Shown here: piece after piece, positions 51,394 to 64,000 of the stretch
Numbering within the stretch: the first letter of the stretch is position 1
Layout of the letters: each line of letters starts with the position of its first letter
Source of the DNA: Octopus vulgaris
Taxonomy: Eukaryota
Length of the DNA stretch: 64,000 bases
Reading direction: 5' to 3'
Assembly: GCA_951406725.2 (NCBI GenBank)
Contig: OX597815.1
Coordinates: 24,180,001-24,244,000 of the forward strand
Notes under the pieces: model-generated
Told to the model about the DNA's origin: nothing
Databases searched by the model: none
What the model saw: the letters and a program-made list of their open reading frames with translations, nothing else
Translations under genes and position numbers: made by a program

Positions 51394-51814
51394 GGGGATC
51401 TTTTCGGTTTGAACGGCAGTTTTTCTAGCGATGTCATATGAAATTGTTACCCATAATTATGACCCTTGTATCGATCTATTGCATTTCAATCTGTTTTAGG
51501 GTTACGGTTAGTTAGGGTTAGGGGTTGGGGGAAGGGTATCTTTTTTTCTTCAGAAATGTAAATAAACCCATTCTGTTTCTTAAACGAGGGACATATTCAT
51601 ACGGCACAGAATGTTTTCACCTCAATAGACGTCATTGATTTGTTGAAATTGAAGAAAAAACAACAACAAATATCTTACAAACTATAGAATTTTATCAATA
51701 AAGCCAAGAGAAAAAGATGTTTTATAAACACATTCTACCAGTATACGAAGTTTAAAAGTGTTTAGTTACATGGAAATTATTTTAAAAAACTGCCGGTCAA
51801 AGCGAAAAGATCCC
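51394..51814. mobile_element. MITE with ~30-bp TIRs and internal TTAGGG-like repeats, inserted in a family B SINE
   Basis: GGGATCTTTTCGGTTTGAACGGCAGTTTTT and AAAAACTGCCGGTCAAAGCGAAAAGATCCC; solo TIR-like copy at ~11955. Confidence 0.8.
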
Positions 51815-54042
51815 AACTCAGTACTCCAGAGTAAATCCTGCTATGCAATTTGTTCCATGATCAAGCCATTCTCTACCATTTAGCCCCTAAATGAGGAAGG
51901 GACACTTTAGATAATGTAATCCTACATAACTCTAAAATAAATAAATAAACGAGATAGCCTCTGTTGAAATATTTTAGATCGTCTGCCTTCTCAATCAATA
52001 TTGACCTGTGGCTTTACATTAGCAACAACAATGTTGAGGAAATGCCTCCATCCCATATTGTGCAATATGATAACGGATGAGTTGCTATTGTTGTTTAACC
52101 CCAAGCTCATGCCCTGTCAAGCAGATCGATTTTAAGTGGCGTTCCAACCATGACTATCGCTTCCTCTGCCTATCAAGGATCACATCGTCCAATTTATCCT
52201 TTCTTAGGGTATCAGAGTAACTCGAGGAATGTTTCACTGCTATTTCTAGCAGGTTGTGAGACCAAACAGAAGCTTCCTCGTTGATTCATCAGATTTGTTG
52301 GTGATTGTGGTTGTGCTGATGATGATGATAATGATGATGATGACAATGATGATCATGAGGAAGAGGAGGGGAAGGGAAGAAAGGGGGAGAGTTGTGGTGG
52401 TGATGGTGGTGAGGATGGAGGAAAATAATGGCTTCTAATTTCAAATAATGATAGGGACAACAAAAAGATGATAATAGCGATAACAATGACGACAATGGTG
52501 ATGATATCAACGAAAAAAAAAGAATAACAGACATTAGACTTCTAAGCCGAATTTCCCATATTTCACTAATTTTTCTTAACAGGTGGCCCTTAGACATGCC
52601 CTCGCCACCAGCCTACAGTATCCACTCAGTACGGTGTTAAGGTGAAGTTAAATACGATTTTTTCTTTTCCTTGTTTATAAGCTAATATCGATTTTCTTTA
52701 TGTTTGCAATAGAATTAAAACTAATATTGATTTCCTTTGTTTACAATAAAAATAAAGCATCTATTTCAATTTCATTCCTTTACAGACCACTTCCGGCTGT
52801 TATTTGGCAAACGTCTCTGAAATCTGATCACTTTGTACGAAGAGATTGCCCCCCAGAGTAATGGTCGCAATAATTGTCATGCTTTTTTGTGTTTTTTCTC
52901 TCTCTCTCTCTCTTGTTTCTAATAAGCGATGTTATAGCTGCCGCTCTATTATCAGCAGTAGTGACAGCAGCAATAATAGTAGCGGTGTTAGTAGTGGCAT
53001 CAGTAGAGACTGTTGCAATAGAGACGATTGTTTAGCCCCAGGTCAGGTTTGATTGAGCAGAACTAAAAATCAAGAGTGTTCCATCTGCTATTATCTCGTC
53101 TTCATTAGGATTGCATGATTTTGTGATTCAAATAAGACTGGGCTGCTTTTTCTGACAGGTCAAGCGCTGTAGACGTTTTCTCCAGAGCTTGAATCCTTAG
53201 TGATTGCAACAACAGTAGTTATAATACTAATTAGTATTGTTAGGGAGATTTTGGAAAGGTAAGTAGTTTTGACATATGGAATGTCAGAAGTATATGATAA
53301 TAAACTACGATATTGCTCTAACCCTCACTACTACCGTTATTGCTACAACATATACCGATGCAATTTTTTGTGTTGGTTTTGGAATCACAAGAACGAGGAG
53401 TCTTAAAGTCTGTAACAAGTTTTTTTGAGATTTCACTTCCGGATTTCATATCTTGCCCCATCGTCTGCACATTAATTAAAATACACGGGGTAGTTAAAAT
53501 ATGCGAACAGGCGATATTGAAATAGGTTGCAAAGTGAAGCGGCATGTGGTTGCTTGTGTGCCCACTGGCTAAATCATATCTCAAGTGTCACCTCTATTTT
53601 AGAATTATATCTCTGTTATAACTCGAAGTACTTGTTACAAGTCGAGATAACTATTATTCATGTTTATTAAAACTCTCCTTATCGCATGTCGTCTCTGATA
53701 TGCTATTAAAACTATTGTGTCCGCTTAGGATTAAAGTTCCGCTGAACAACCAAGTGGTCATATTATGAAATATATATAAATAAGAGATGACAAATTTGAT
53801 GTAATATTTACATTAGACTATCTCTCTCTCCCTCATACACACATACACACATAATTAGTTGATAACCGGAACTTTAATGGTATGTTAATAAAGCACATAT
53901 CATTTTGGATAAGTAAACAAAGTTGTTTCTTAACACTATAGTTTTTTTTTTTAAATCTCTCCGTGAACAGAAAATGTATGAACAATTTCATTGACCAGTT
54001 TGTAGTCTTCTTCGTTTATCAAAACAAAGATTACACATTTAT

Positions 54043-54275
54043 TCATTTTTTTACTGCCCATAAGGGGCTATACACAGAGGGGACAAACAAGGACAGACAA
54101 ACGGATTGAGTCGATTATATCGACCCCAGTGCGTAACTGGTACTTATTTAATCGACCCCGAAAGGATGAAAGACAAAGTCGACCTCGGCGGAATTTGAAC
54201 TCAGAAAGTAACGGCAGACGAATTACGGCTACGTATTTCGCCCGGTGTGCTAACGTTTCTGCCAGCTCGCCGCCT
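54043..54275 (-). mobile_element. SINE family B, tail I
   Basis: Family B sequence; TSD AAAGA(T/A)TACACATTTATT. Confidence 0.85.
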
Positions 54276-54565
54276 TAAAGAATACACATTTATTGTCCAA
54301 CTGAAGCTCCTAGCTTATAACAATTTAAAATACATACGATTTGGACACAGCTAAACTGGTCCGCCTAATTTGCATGTAATTACATTAGATGACAAAATGG
54401 TTAGTTAGTTAACTGATCAATTAATTATGATCTACAAGTGAAGTTGTTATATTTAATAATCTACATTTTTTTTTAAAGTTTGAAACATAATGTGAGACAT
54501 ATGTTTTATGAACATACAATTTTAGTCTCGATTTACACTGCAGTGCATAATTAATACACATATGC

Positions 54566-54567
<2 letters not shown>

Positions 54568-54596
<29 letters not shown>

Positions 54597-54698
54597 TGTA
54601 TGTATGTATGTATGTATGTATGTATGTATGTATGTATGCATGTATGTATGTATGTATGTATGTATGCATGTATGTATGTATATATGTATATATGTATG

Positions 54699-54732
<34 letters not shown>

Positions 54733-54822
54733 TGTGTGTATGTGTGTGTGTATGTATGTATGTATGTATGTATGTATGTATGTATGTATGCATGTATGTA
54801 TGTATATATGTATATATGTATG

Positions 54823-54856
<34 letters not shown>

Positions 54857-54983
54857 TGTGTGTATGTGTGTGTGTATGTATGTATGTATGTATGTATGTA
54901 TGCATGTATTTATGTATGTATGTATATATTTATGTATGTATGTATGTATGTATATATTTATGAATGTATGTATGTATGTATAT
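54568..54983. repeat. (TATG)n microsatellite
   Basis: Direct reading. Confidence 0.95.
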
Positions 54984-54984
54984 A

Positions 54985-55135
54985 TCCGCCGAGGTTGACT
55001 TTGCCTTTCATCCTTTCGGGGTCGATAAATTAAGTACCAGTTACGCACTGGGGTCGATGTAATCGACTTAATACCTATGTCTGTCCTTGTTTGTCCCCTC
55101 TGTGTTTAGCCCCTTGTGGGTAATAAAGAAATATG

Positions 55136-55169
<34 letters not shown>

Positions 55170-55371
55170 TGTATGTATGTATGTGTGTGTATGTATCTAT
55201 GTATATATTTGTATGTTTACAATCCTAGTTCTTTATTACCCACAAGGGGCTAAACATAGAGGGGACAAACAAGGACAGACAGAGGTATTAAGTCGATTAC
55301 ATCGACTCCAGTGCGTAACTGGTACTTATTTAATCGACCCCTCGAAAGGACGAAAGGCAAAGTCGACCTCG
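54985..55371. mobile_element. Two truncated family B SINEs, tail to tail (54985-55133 plus; 55227-55371 minus)
   Basis: Family B body in both orientations. Confidence 0.8.
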
Positions 55372-56153
55372 CACCTCCAAACAACGAGCTTGCGGTCTGT
55401 CTATGACATTAATAAATGAATCTGCGGAAGAAGGATATGCCAACGGCAAAGGAAGAAGAAGAACGGTGTTGCAAGCCATGTGTCATCGAAAGCCAGTGGT
55501 CACACTAATTACATCATTGTGTCCACCACACCTTTGCCAGCCAGCTATATATTTAGTCAGTTAGGTTCCCAAAAAGCCAGCTGATAAGCTGGAATTTCAC
55601 GCTACCTCGGCTATCTCCTCTTGCCTTTAGTGAGTCAGCTTAAAAAAATCGTACGGCATTTTACCATATATAGTCAAATGACCTTTATTCTGTGAGCTTT
55701 ATTATCATCACGGAATACTGGGTAGCACCCACATGTTGCTGCTACTCTTCGTGTATGTCTTGTTACGAATCTGCATACTTCCTTCTGTGTGTGAGAGGTG
55801 TCCGGTGTACGTGCGAGCGTGCGTGCGTGGAGGAAGTTATAGTGACAGAGAGAGAGACACGTCGTTGTAGGGAACTGTTTATATGTTGTTGACACTGAAA
55901 AAACTTTTAACAACCACCTTATCAATACACACGCACGTATGTATGTATGTACGTGTGTTTGGGCGTGTGTATGTATGTATTGATAAGGTAGTACTTCAAA
56001 CTTATATCTATATATATATATATGTTGGTGCATATATATATATACTCAAAATATGAGTATATGTATATTTTTATTAACATTTAGCACAAGTAACAACATG
56101 ACTCAAGGTCCGAGAGTTTCGTGTGTTGGCACTTTATATACATATATATATAT

Positions 56154-56286
56154 CGCCGAGGTCGACTTTTCCTTTCATCCTATCGGGGTCGATAAATAAA
56201 AGTACCAGTCTTGCACTGGGGTCGATGTAATCGATTTAATCCGTTTGTTTGTCCTCTCTATGTTTAGCCCCTTGTGGGCAATAAAG

Positions 56287-56290
<4 letters not shown>
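56154..56290 (+). mobile_element. Truncated SINE family B
   Basis: Family B body and tail I. Confidence 0.75.
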
Positions 56291-56347
<57 letters not shown>

Positions 56348-56385
56348 TGTATGTATATGTGTGTGTGTATATATGTATGTATGTA

Positions 56386-56438
<53 letters not shown>

Positions 56439-56459
56439 ATATATATATATATATATATA

Positions 56460-56816
56460 GGCGCAGGAGTGGCTGTGTGGTAAGTAGCTTGCTAACCAAC
56501 CACATGGTTTCGGGTTCAGTCCCACTGCGTGGCATCTTGGGCAAGTGTCTTCTGCTATAGCCCCGGGCCGACCAATGCCTTGTGAGTGGATTTGGTAGAC
56601 GTATATATGTGTATATATATATATGTATGTGTGTGTGTTTGTGTGTCTGTGTTTGTCCCCCTAGCATTGCTTAACAACCGATGCTGGTGTGTTTACGTCC
56701 GATAGAATAAGTACTGGGCTTACAAAGAATAAGTCCGGGGGCAATTTGCTCGACTAAAGGCGGTGCTCCAGCATGGCCGCAGTCAGATGACTGAAACAAG
56801 TAAAAGAGTAAAGAGT
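56460..56816 (+). mobile_element. SINE family A with small deletions
   Basis: Matches the other family A copies. Confidence 0.85.
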
Positions 56817-57322
56817 ATGTGTGTGTGTGTGTATGTATAAGTTGCTAAATTTGTTATGACATAAACATCTCTGATTAATAACAAGTCTGTTTTGTTTTTC
56901 GTTCTTTACTCGGCGTTTTCACCTCTTTTGATTGGTTTATTGTTTTCGTTTTACAAAACATTTTTGCTGCACCTTGTTTGACAATGATTCATTCCAAAGT
57001 GCAAAGTGGGACGTTTTCACACAAGATGTCTATTACCGCGAGTTAGTTTTTGATGTCACGAACGTATTATTTTCTTTATTAAAATAAATAGCCACAGAAA
57101 TGAATAAATAAATAAAACTATAGCAATACCCCTGAAATTTTATTTTTCTTACTCGTTTATATTGTCGCTTTTATCTTTTTGCAATGAAGTAAACATTCAA
57201 TATGAAAAAAACAAAAATGAAAGTAAAACAGATAAACCAACTAACGACATAGGTTGGGCGTTTTTGTGACCTCTTTCTCATTCATTTAGATCCAAATTCT
57301 TGATTCTATAAACTAGTTGATT

Positions 57323-57870
57323 GAGGCAGCGTGCTGGCAGAATCATTAGCACGTCGGGCTAAATGCTTAACGGTATTTCGTCTGCCGCTACGTTCTGTGT
57401 TCAAATTCCGCCGAGGCCGATTTTGCCTTTCATCCTTTCGGGGTCGATTAAATAAGTACCAGTTACGCACTGGGGTCGATGTAATCGACTTAATACCTAT
57501 GTCTGTCCTCGTTTGTCCCCTCTGTGTTTAGCCCCTTGTGGGTAATAAAGAAATAGGTATTTCGTCTGCCGCTACGTTCTGAGTTCAAATTCCGCCGAGG
57601 TCGACTTTGCCTTTCATTCTTTCGTGGTCGATAAATTAAGTACCAGTTACGCACGGGGATCGATATAATCGACTTAATCCGTTTGTCCTCTTGTGGGTTG
57701 TAAAGAAATAGGTATTTCGTCCATGTTCTACATTTTGAGTCCAAATGCCGCCGAGGTTGACTTTGCCTTTCATCTTTTCGGAGTCGGTAAAATGAGTTCC
57801 ATTTGAGCCCTGGGGTGGATGTAATTGACTTACCCCTTCCTGTGTTTTGTGCCAAGATTTGAAACCAAAA
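57323..57870 (+). mobile_element. SINE family B trimer
   Basis: Junctions AAAGAAATAGGTATTTCGTC at ~57555 and ~57711. Confidence 0.85.
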
Positions 57871-57917
57871 TAAAATAGTTGATTAAAACATGTTTCCAGG
57901 GATGACACCTCAAGGTA

Positions 57918-58151
57918 CCTATTTCTTTACTATCCACAAGGGGCTAAACACAGAAGGGACAAACAAGGACAGACAAACGGATTAAGTCGATTATATTGAC
58001 CCCAGTGCGTAACTGGTACTTATTTAATCGACCCCGAAAGGATGAAAGGCAAAGTCGACCTCAGCGGAATTTGAACTCAGAACGTAATGACAGACGAAAT
58101 ACTGCTGAGCATTTTGCCCGGCATGCTAACGTTTCTGCCAGCTCGCCGCCT
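57918..58151 (-). mobile_element. SINE family B, tail I
   Basis: TSD TGACA(C/G)CTCAAGGTACC. Confidence 0.85.
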
Positions 58152-58257
58152 TTGACAGCTCAAGGTACCGACAACTCGGGTAGACGCCCAGGGCACCATG
58201 TGTTCTTTAGTCTATATTTCTAGTTTCTCTTTTTGAGAAAGTTTTTAAAAAATTATA

Positions 58258-58752
58258 CCATAAATCCTCGAGTATAGTCCGCCCTTGACTATAATACGCA
58301 GGGGATTTTTAGGGGGCTGTACCTCTGAAAAACCTAAACCTTGTGTATAATACGCACCCCTTCCCTAACTTGAGTCGTGCGTAATTAAGCCAGCAGCACC
58401 TAGTCAAACAAGCACTTCCACACATGCGTAATACAATAATGGTGATGTTCTTAACTGCTATATGGGAATGTAAATATGTTTGCAAATTGTTTTTGTTACA
58501 TGTTATTCTATGTTTTGAATACTTTTATTTTAAAAAAATGTTGCTTACTGCAAGTTATGGATGATTCTTTTATGACTTCATTGCTTTCAGGTTCAGCTTA
58601 AGGTATTTTCACGCCCAACATCACAAAATGCGTCTGAATAAACATTGATTAGAAAATATTTTTCACTTTTAACTTCGTATATAGTACACACTAGGGATTT
58701 TGAACTTTAAATTTTGGGGAAAAAATGCAGATCATACTCGAGGATTTACTTG
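58258..58752. mobile_element. Tc2/pogo-like MITE
   Basis: TA|CCATAAATCCTCGAGTATA ... ATACTCGAGGATTTACTTG|TA. Confidence 0.75.
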
Positions 58753-59931
58753 TAAGAGGCAGCAAAAATGGCTTTGCTTGTTTGTCCAGGTTTCCCACAT
58801 AAGTTGCGGCCAATATTCCTTAAATTCCAAGCTGTCACAGTCTTCGAGGTCCCACAATCAGATCGTTTCTTCCTTGGCACTCATGTGGGTAACTAATTCA
58901 TTATGTCAATAAATGTTATATTATCATGGTTTTCTGTTAAATATATACTCAATGCATGCTTAATATGTATCATTGCCATTCATTTTCTGGGCTATTTTCA
59001 TTCAAAAATTATTAGCGTGGTTCACCCAAAATCTGAAATAAAAAAGAAAGGATGTTACACAGAATACTGAAAACATTACAATGGTGTTGCCATAGTGTGC
59101 AAACCAGTTGAGAAAAATTTTATCAAAATCAATTCACAGAAAACCAAGAAATCCTGAATTTCATTCCTAAGCTATTAGTGTGGTTCTGGGTGTATATCCA
59201 ACGTTGAATTTCTCAAGACTATTATCCACATCATCCAGAATATCTGACCAACCAAGGCTTCACATGGAACTGACGCCAACAACAAATTTCATCTCTTGTA
59301 CTCATCTCTCTGAGCCTAACCATCACTATATATTCAGCGCACTTTAGCTACTATAAGGAAACAGCAAAAAAGACAAGCGGAACAGATGATGGACATCAGT
59401 TGACCCAAACTGGCAACACAAAAGCAATGAACAGCTGGCAAATGAGAGTCAGTAGAAGACAGTAGCTTGACCAGCAGCTAACCACAATGAACAAACAACA
59501 ACAGCAGCACAAGCACCACTTAGCATTTTGACTATTGCAACAATCACACCAATCCAGGAGTAATGATATTCAAACTCACTTAATGTTTTTGTTGTTCATA
59601 GTAATAACAACAAACAATGTCTTTGTTTATGAAAAGAATATTTTGTTTATCAAAAATCTCCACAGATATCAGTGTTCCTCTTTGTAAGAGGCCTATTGTT
59701 ACTCTATGTAAGCAATAATAACTTGTTTTCTATAAGTAGCTATAAGAGGCTCGGCCCTGGTACACTGTGTGTTGTCAGCCTGGAAGCCTATAATATTTGG
59801 ATAACCCTGGATGGGTCTTTTGAGAGAGTTGAAAGTACCTCATCAATGGGCATTGTAATAATGTTAAAACCCTAAACAGGTTGGATTATTCAAGGCCTTC
59901 ATCATCATCATCAGCAGCAGCAGCAAAGTGA

Positions 59932-60285
59932 AGGGTCAATGGCCCAATGGTTAGGACAGCGAACTCGCGGTTGGAGGATGACGGTTTCGATTCCCAGACC
60001 GGGCGTTGTGTGTGTTTATTGAGTGAAAACACCTAAAGCTCCACAGGGCTCCGGCAGGGAGGGGGGCGACCCCTGTTGTACTCTTTCGCCCCATCTTTCT
60101 CTCACTCTTTCTTCCTGTTTCTTGTCCCCGACTTCCTACGCAACCGCTGAGCCTGGCTGCACATTCATTCATCCATCGAGGGTTGACCTGCTTTCTCTTC
60201 TGCAGGTCTTACGAATAGCAAAGGACCACGTTTCGGACTTCTCCCATCTTGCGAGCTCTGGGACAAAGACCGTTCACCCAACAGC
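59932..60285 (+). mobile_element. SINE with a family D head and a third tail type
   Basis: Aligns with family D up to CTCACTCTTTCTTCCTGTTT, then continues with unrelated sequence. Confidence 0.7.
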
Positions 60286-60289
60286 AACA

Positions 60290-60842
60290 GCAGCATCATT
60301 TAACATTCATTTTCCATGATGGCATGGGTTAGATGGTTTGACAGGAGCTGCCCAGATTCCAGTTGGCTGTCTTGGCATAGTTTCTATGGCTAGATGCCCT
60401 TCCTAGCATCAATCACTTCACAGAGTGTACTGGGTGATTTTATGCAGCACCAGCACAAATGGGTTTACATGGTACTTGTATGGGTTCTTTTTATGTGGTA
60501 CCAGCAGTCACGAGCCCACAAGATAAGGAACACTCATCTGGAGAGGGATGCCAAGTACATGCCTGTATTCAAGGACAACCTTGATTTTACTTAGCTTGAC
60601 ATATCTTCTCAGGCACAGCAAATCTCCAGGATTCTCAGTTCTCTGTTATCTCTTCTGTGAGGCCCAACGTCTGAAGATCCTTTCTCACCATTTTGTGCCA
60701 CATCTTTTTGGGTCTACTTCTGCCACATGTTCCCTCCGCAATTAGAGATTGGCACATCTTGATGCAACTGTCATTATTCATACACATTACATGACTGTAC
60801 CAGTGCAGTCTTCTCTCTTGCACACTTCATCTGATGCCTCAT
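60290..60842 (-). mobile_element. RTE-type LINE 3' fragment with UTR
   Basis: QERRLHWYSHV...EGTCGRSRPKKMW...DLQTLGL. Confidence 0.75.
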
Positions 60843-61166
60843 TCAGAAATATCTTCTGCATAGCTTTTATATAATTGTAATAATTTGTGAATTTAGTCAG
60901 TGACTACGAGTAATAAATAATATGAGAGGTAGTAGCTATCATGACTTTCCCCAAAGGTATCAGCACAGTAATGACTGGCAACTTCATCATCATTTTAGTG
61001 CCCACTTTTCCATGCTTGCATGGATCAGATGAAGTATATTGGGGCAGATTTTCTATAGTCAAATGCCCTTCCTGTCACCAACCCTTAGCTGCTTCCAAGC
61101 ACAGTATATTTCCTCATGGCCAGACATGCTTTTGCAGAAAATTGAAAATGAATGACACTGTGTGTG

Positions 61167-61672
61167 AGAAGACCTGGCAGGACAAGTGAGACCATAACCC
61201 GTGGCCTCTACCTGGGATGTAGCCAGTCCACTTATGCATACCTTTACTTCTTGGGACACAAAACTCTGCTTGTGAAGACCTGTTGAAGCAAGGGAAATCG
61301 AAATCGAAATTGATCAATATCAATGGAAATTGTAGTTGTGATACCAGTGCCAGTGGCACGTAAGAGAACCATCCGAACATGGCCGTTGCCAGCGCTACCC
61401 TGACTGGCCTTTGTGCTGGTGGCATGTAAAAAGCACCCACCGATCGTGGCCGTTGCCAGCCTTGCCTGGTACCTGTGCTGGTGGTACGTAAAAAGCACGC
61501 ACTACACTCATGGAGTGGTTGGTGTTAGGAAGGGCATCCAGCTGTAGAAACACTGCCAGATCAGACCTGGTGCAGCCTCCTGGTTTCCCAGACCCGTCGA
61601 ACCGTCCAATCCATGCTAGCATGGAAAGCGGACATTAAACGACGACGATGATGATGATGATGATGATGATGA
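61167..61672 (+). mobile_element. RTE-type LINE 3' UTR fragment
   Basis: Homologous to 26942-27450; (GAT)n tail. Confidence 0.7.
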
Positions 61673-61961
61673 CTGCTTGTATGAGACTCACAACTACCAC
61701 ATGATAGTATTATTATAATCCAGCTACTTTATTTTCACATTGTTAGCTACTGCAAGGATTCCAATCTCACAATGCCTTTAATGATGTTCAAGAAAGTCTT
61801 TTCTTTTTGATATTTGTTGATAATGTTTCTTTATGGTGGATACAGAAGAGAAACAGCGACACCCATCAGCAGTGGAATTGAAGGGATAAAGAAACCAAAA
61901 CTTATGGCCTACTGTGATAGAAAGCAGTGCATAATGATACCAAGTTTTCATCACTCAAAGG

Positions 61962-62180
61962 CAGTGGTTTTCAACCAGGGTTTCGCGGAACCTTAGGGTT
62001 CCGCCAGTACAGTCCTGGGGTTCCGCAAGAAGTTACAAAACTGCTAAAATCGGCAGTAATTTTTAATTCTCCTGTGCAGATATGTGTGCATAAGGCTATT
62101 AAATTATTGCACAGGGGTTCCTCGAGCCAGTGGAATGTTTCCTTGGGGTTCTGCTCCAACAAAAAGTTTGAAAAGCACTG
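61962..62180. mobile_element. hAT (Charlie-like) MITE
   Basis: Termini CAGTGGTTTTCAACC and GTTTGAAAAGCACTG; shares GGAACC(C/T)TAGGGTTCCGC with 2897-3255. Confidence 0.75.
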
Positions 62181-63045
62181 CTCTAAAAGATTTGTTTGAG
62201 TGCTTACAACAAAAGTGGACCATGCTAAAGACAGGTAAAGGCCAGATGGTAATACTAAATTGAATGACCACTGCAAAACAAAAACAGTCCATTTGATAAC
62301 CTTCCATAGTTTCCAACTATCAATTTTACTTGCAAGGACTGGCTTAACCCAAAGTTATGGAAGCAAATACTTGCCAATATTGCTGCCGTTCAGTGAGATC
62401 AAACCCCAAACCAAACTGTTTGAGCCACTAAGCTATAATTGCATGAATGTCGCGTATTTGATGCTTGTTGATATCTATGAGGTCACATGTTCCCAACATT
62501 CTACTTTTAGCAGCAGGAAATGTAGCGGTAAACATCTGTTTAAAGTTCATTTTAAAACCTAGTTTTCTGTTAGTTACAAATTGAGGAGGCTGGAAGGAAG
62601 GAAAATACAAAAACACACATTTAGTTGAATTAAACGTAAATGGCATTTCATCTGAAATTGTAATCCATTTTAGTTGTTGTTTCCTTCACTTTCTATGCTG
62701 TTTGCAGCAAAGCAATATTATAAGCAATATTGTAAAATTTCAACACTAGGTTTTTATTTTATTTTATTTTATTTTTATTTATTTATTTTTTTTTGAAATA
62801 TTAAAATTTTCTGCTGGTTTAAGTACTCAGATATAGTTTAGTGTATTCTGTCTATTGCTACGATTGCTTGACTATCTGATGACAGAATGTTTTGACGTAT
62901 GAATACAACGACTGGTTAGATAGGCTGACATTAGAATAAAGAGTATGATAAATACCTAAATTAGGTTCATGATAAGATAAACCAAATAACCAATGAGATA
63001 ACAAATACAAGGTGGTTATTTCGACATACAGGATATACATATTGT

Positions 63046-63250
63046 TTTACTTTCTTTCTTTTATTTGTTTCAGTCATTTGACTGCGGCCATGCTGGAGCA
63101 CCACCTTTAGTCGAGCAAATCGATCCCAGGACTTATTCTTTCTAAGCCTAGTAATATCGGTCACTCTTGTCGAACCACTAAGTGACAAGGATGTAGATAC
63201 ACCAGCATCAGTTGTCAAGCGATGTTGGCGGGGAGGACAAACACAGACAT

Positions 63251-63281
<31 letters not shown>

Positions 63282-63446
63282 CACGACGGGCTTCTTTCAG
63301 TTTCCGTCTACCAAATCCACTCACAAGGCTTTGGTCAGCCCGAGGCTATAGTAGAAGATACTTTCCCAATGTGCCATGCAGTAGGACTGAACCCAGAACC
63401 ATGTGGCTGGTAAGCAAGCTACTTACCACACAGCCACTCCTGCGCC
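63046..63446 (-). mobile_element. SINE family A
   Basis: Reverse complement of family A. Confidence 0.85.
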
Positions 63447-63512
63447 TATATATACATGATATATACATATATTACATACATGTGTATATTTCTTTCTCTA
63501 CATATAAACATA

Positions 63513-64000
63513 CAGGGTGCGGTGAATGAATTGTTGTCTAAATAGCACAAGAATGAAAATAACACTGACATCTCATTTTAACAAATGTATTTACCAAAAT
63601 TACATAAAAATATCTCTAAATACTACAGAGTAAATTTTTTCAATATAATCTACATTGGCTTCAACCACAGCCTCCAGACGACTTCGAAATCTCCTGCAAC
63701 TCTTCTGGATGGTCTCCTTGTTTAAGTTAGTGGTGAATGCTTGCATAATACTTGCCATCAGTTCATCTTTGGTGTTACAAAGAATTTTGTTGGTCTCTCA
63801 TCCTACTGCACCCCACACATAATAATCAAGTGGGTTGCAGTCTGGGGAGTTAGGTGGTCAGATGTTAGGGGTGATGTGGTTGCAGAAATTGCCTGACAGC
63901 CATGACTGGGTTCTCCTGCTTGTGTGGCATGGTGCAGAGTCCTGTTGCCAGACACAGAGTCTTCTAGCAACCACCCTCTTGACCCAGGGCAGCACTACCT
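63513..64000 (-). mobile_element. Tc1/mariner (maT/DD37D-like) 3' part, running off the window end
   Basis: TA|CAGGGTG terminus; WPPNSPDCNPLDYYVWGAV. Confidence 0.8.

Overview
AT-rich, repeat-saturated eukaryotic DNA (intergenic or intronic). I found no supportable host protein-coding gene, rRNA, functional tRNA or CRISPR array. The SINE types and dense (TA)n/(CA)n/(TACA)n/(GATA)n tracts suggest an octopus or other coleoid cephalopod genome; this is an inference from repeat content. DNA transposons recognised: a near-full-length mariner, several decayed Tc1/mariner/pogo copies, a hAT element with an 8-bp TSD, a Chapaev-type remnant and a Merlin-like element. Also present are a Helitron RepHel remnant plus four non-autonomous Helitrons, an internally deleted Gypsy (Mag-like) LTR element, CR1, RTE and Hero-like LINE fragments, and at least three tRNA-derived SINE families. 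The most unusual structures are (i) several sequence-unrelated near-perfect palindromes beside microsatellites, possibly Penelope-like ends, one with outward-facing tRNA-like promoters, plus a nearby hammerhead-like core; (ii) SINE multimers with a recurrent junction that can be explained by 3' GGTA microhomology; and (iii) one SINE head joined to three different tails. Coordinates were read by eye and may be off by a few bases.
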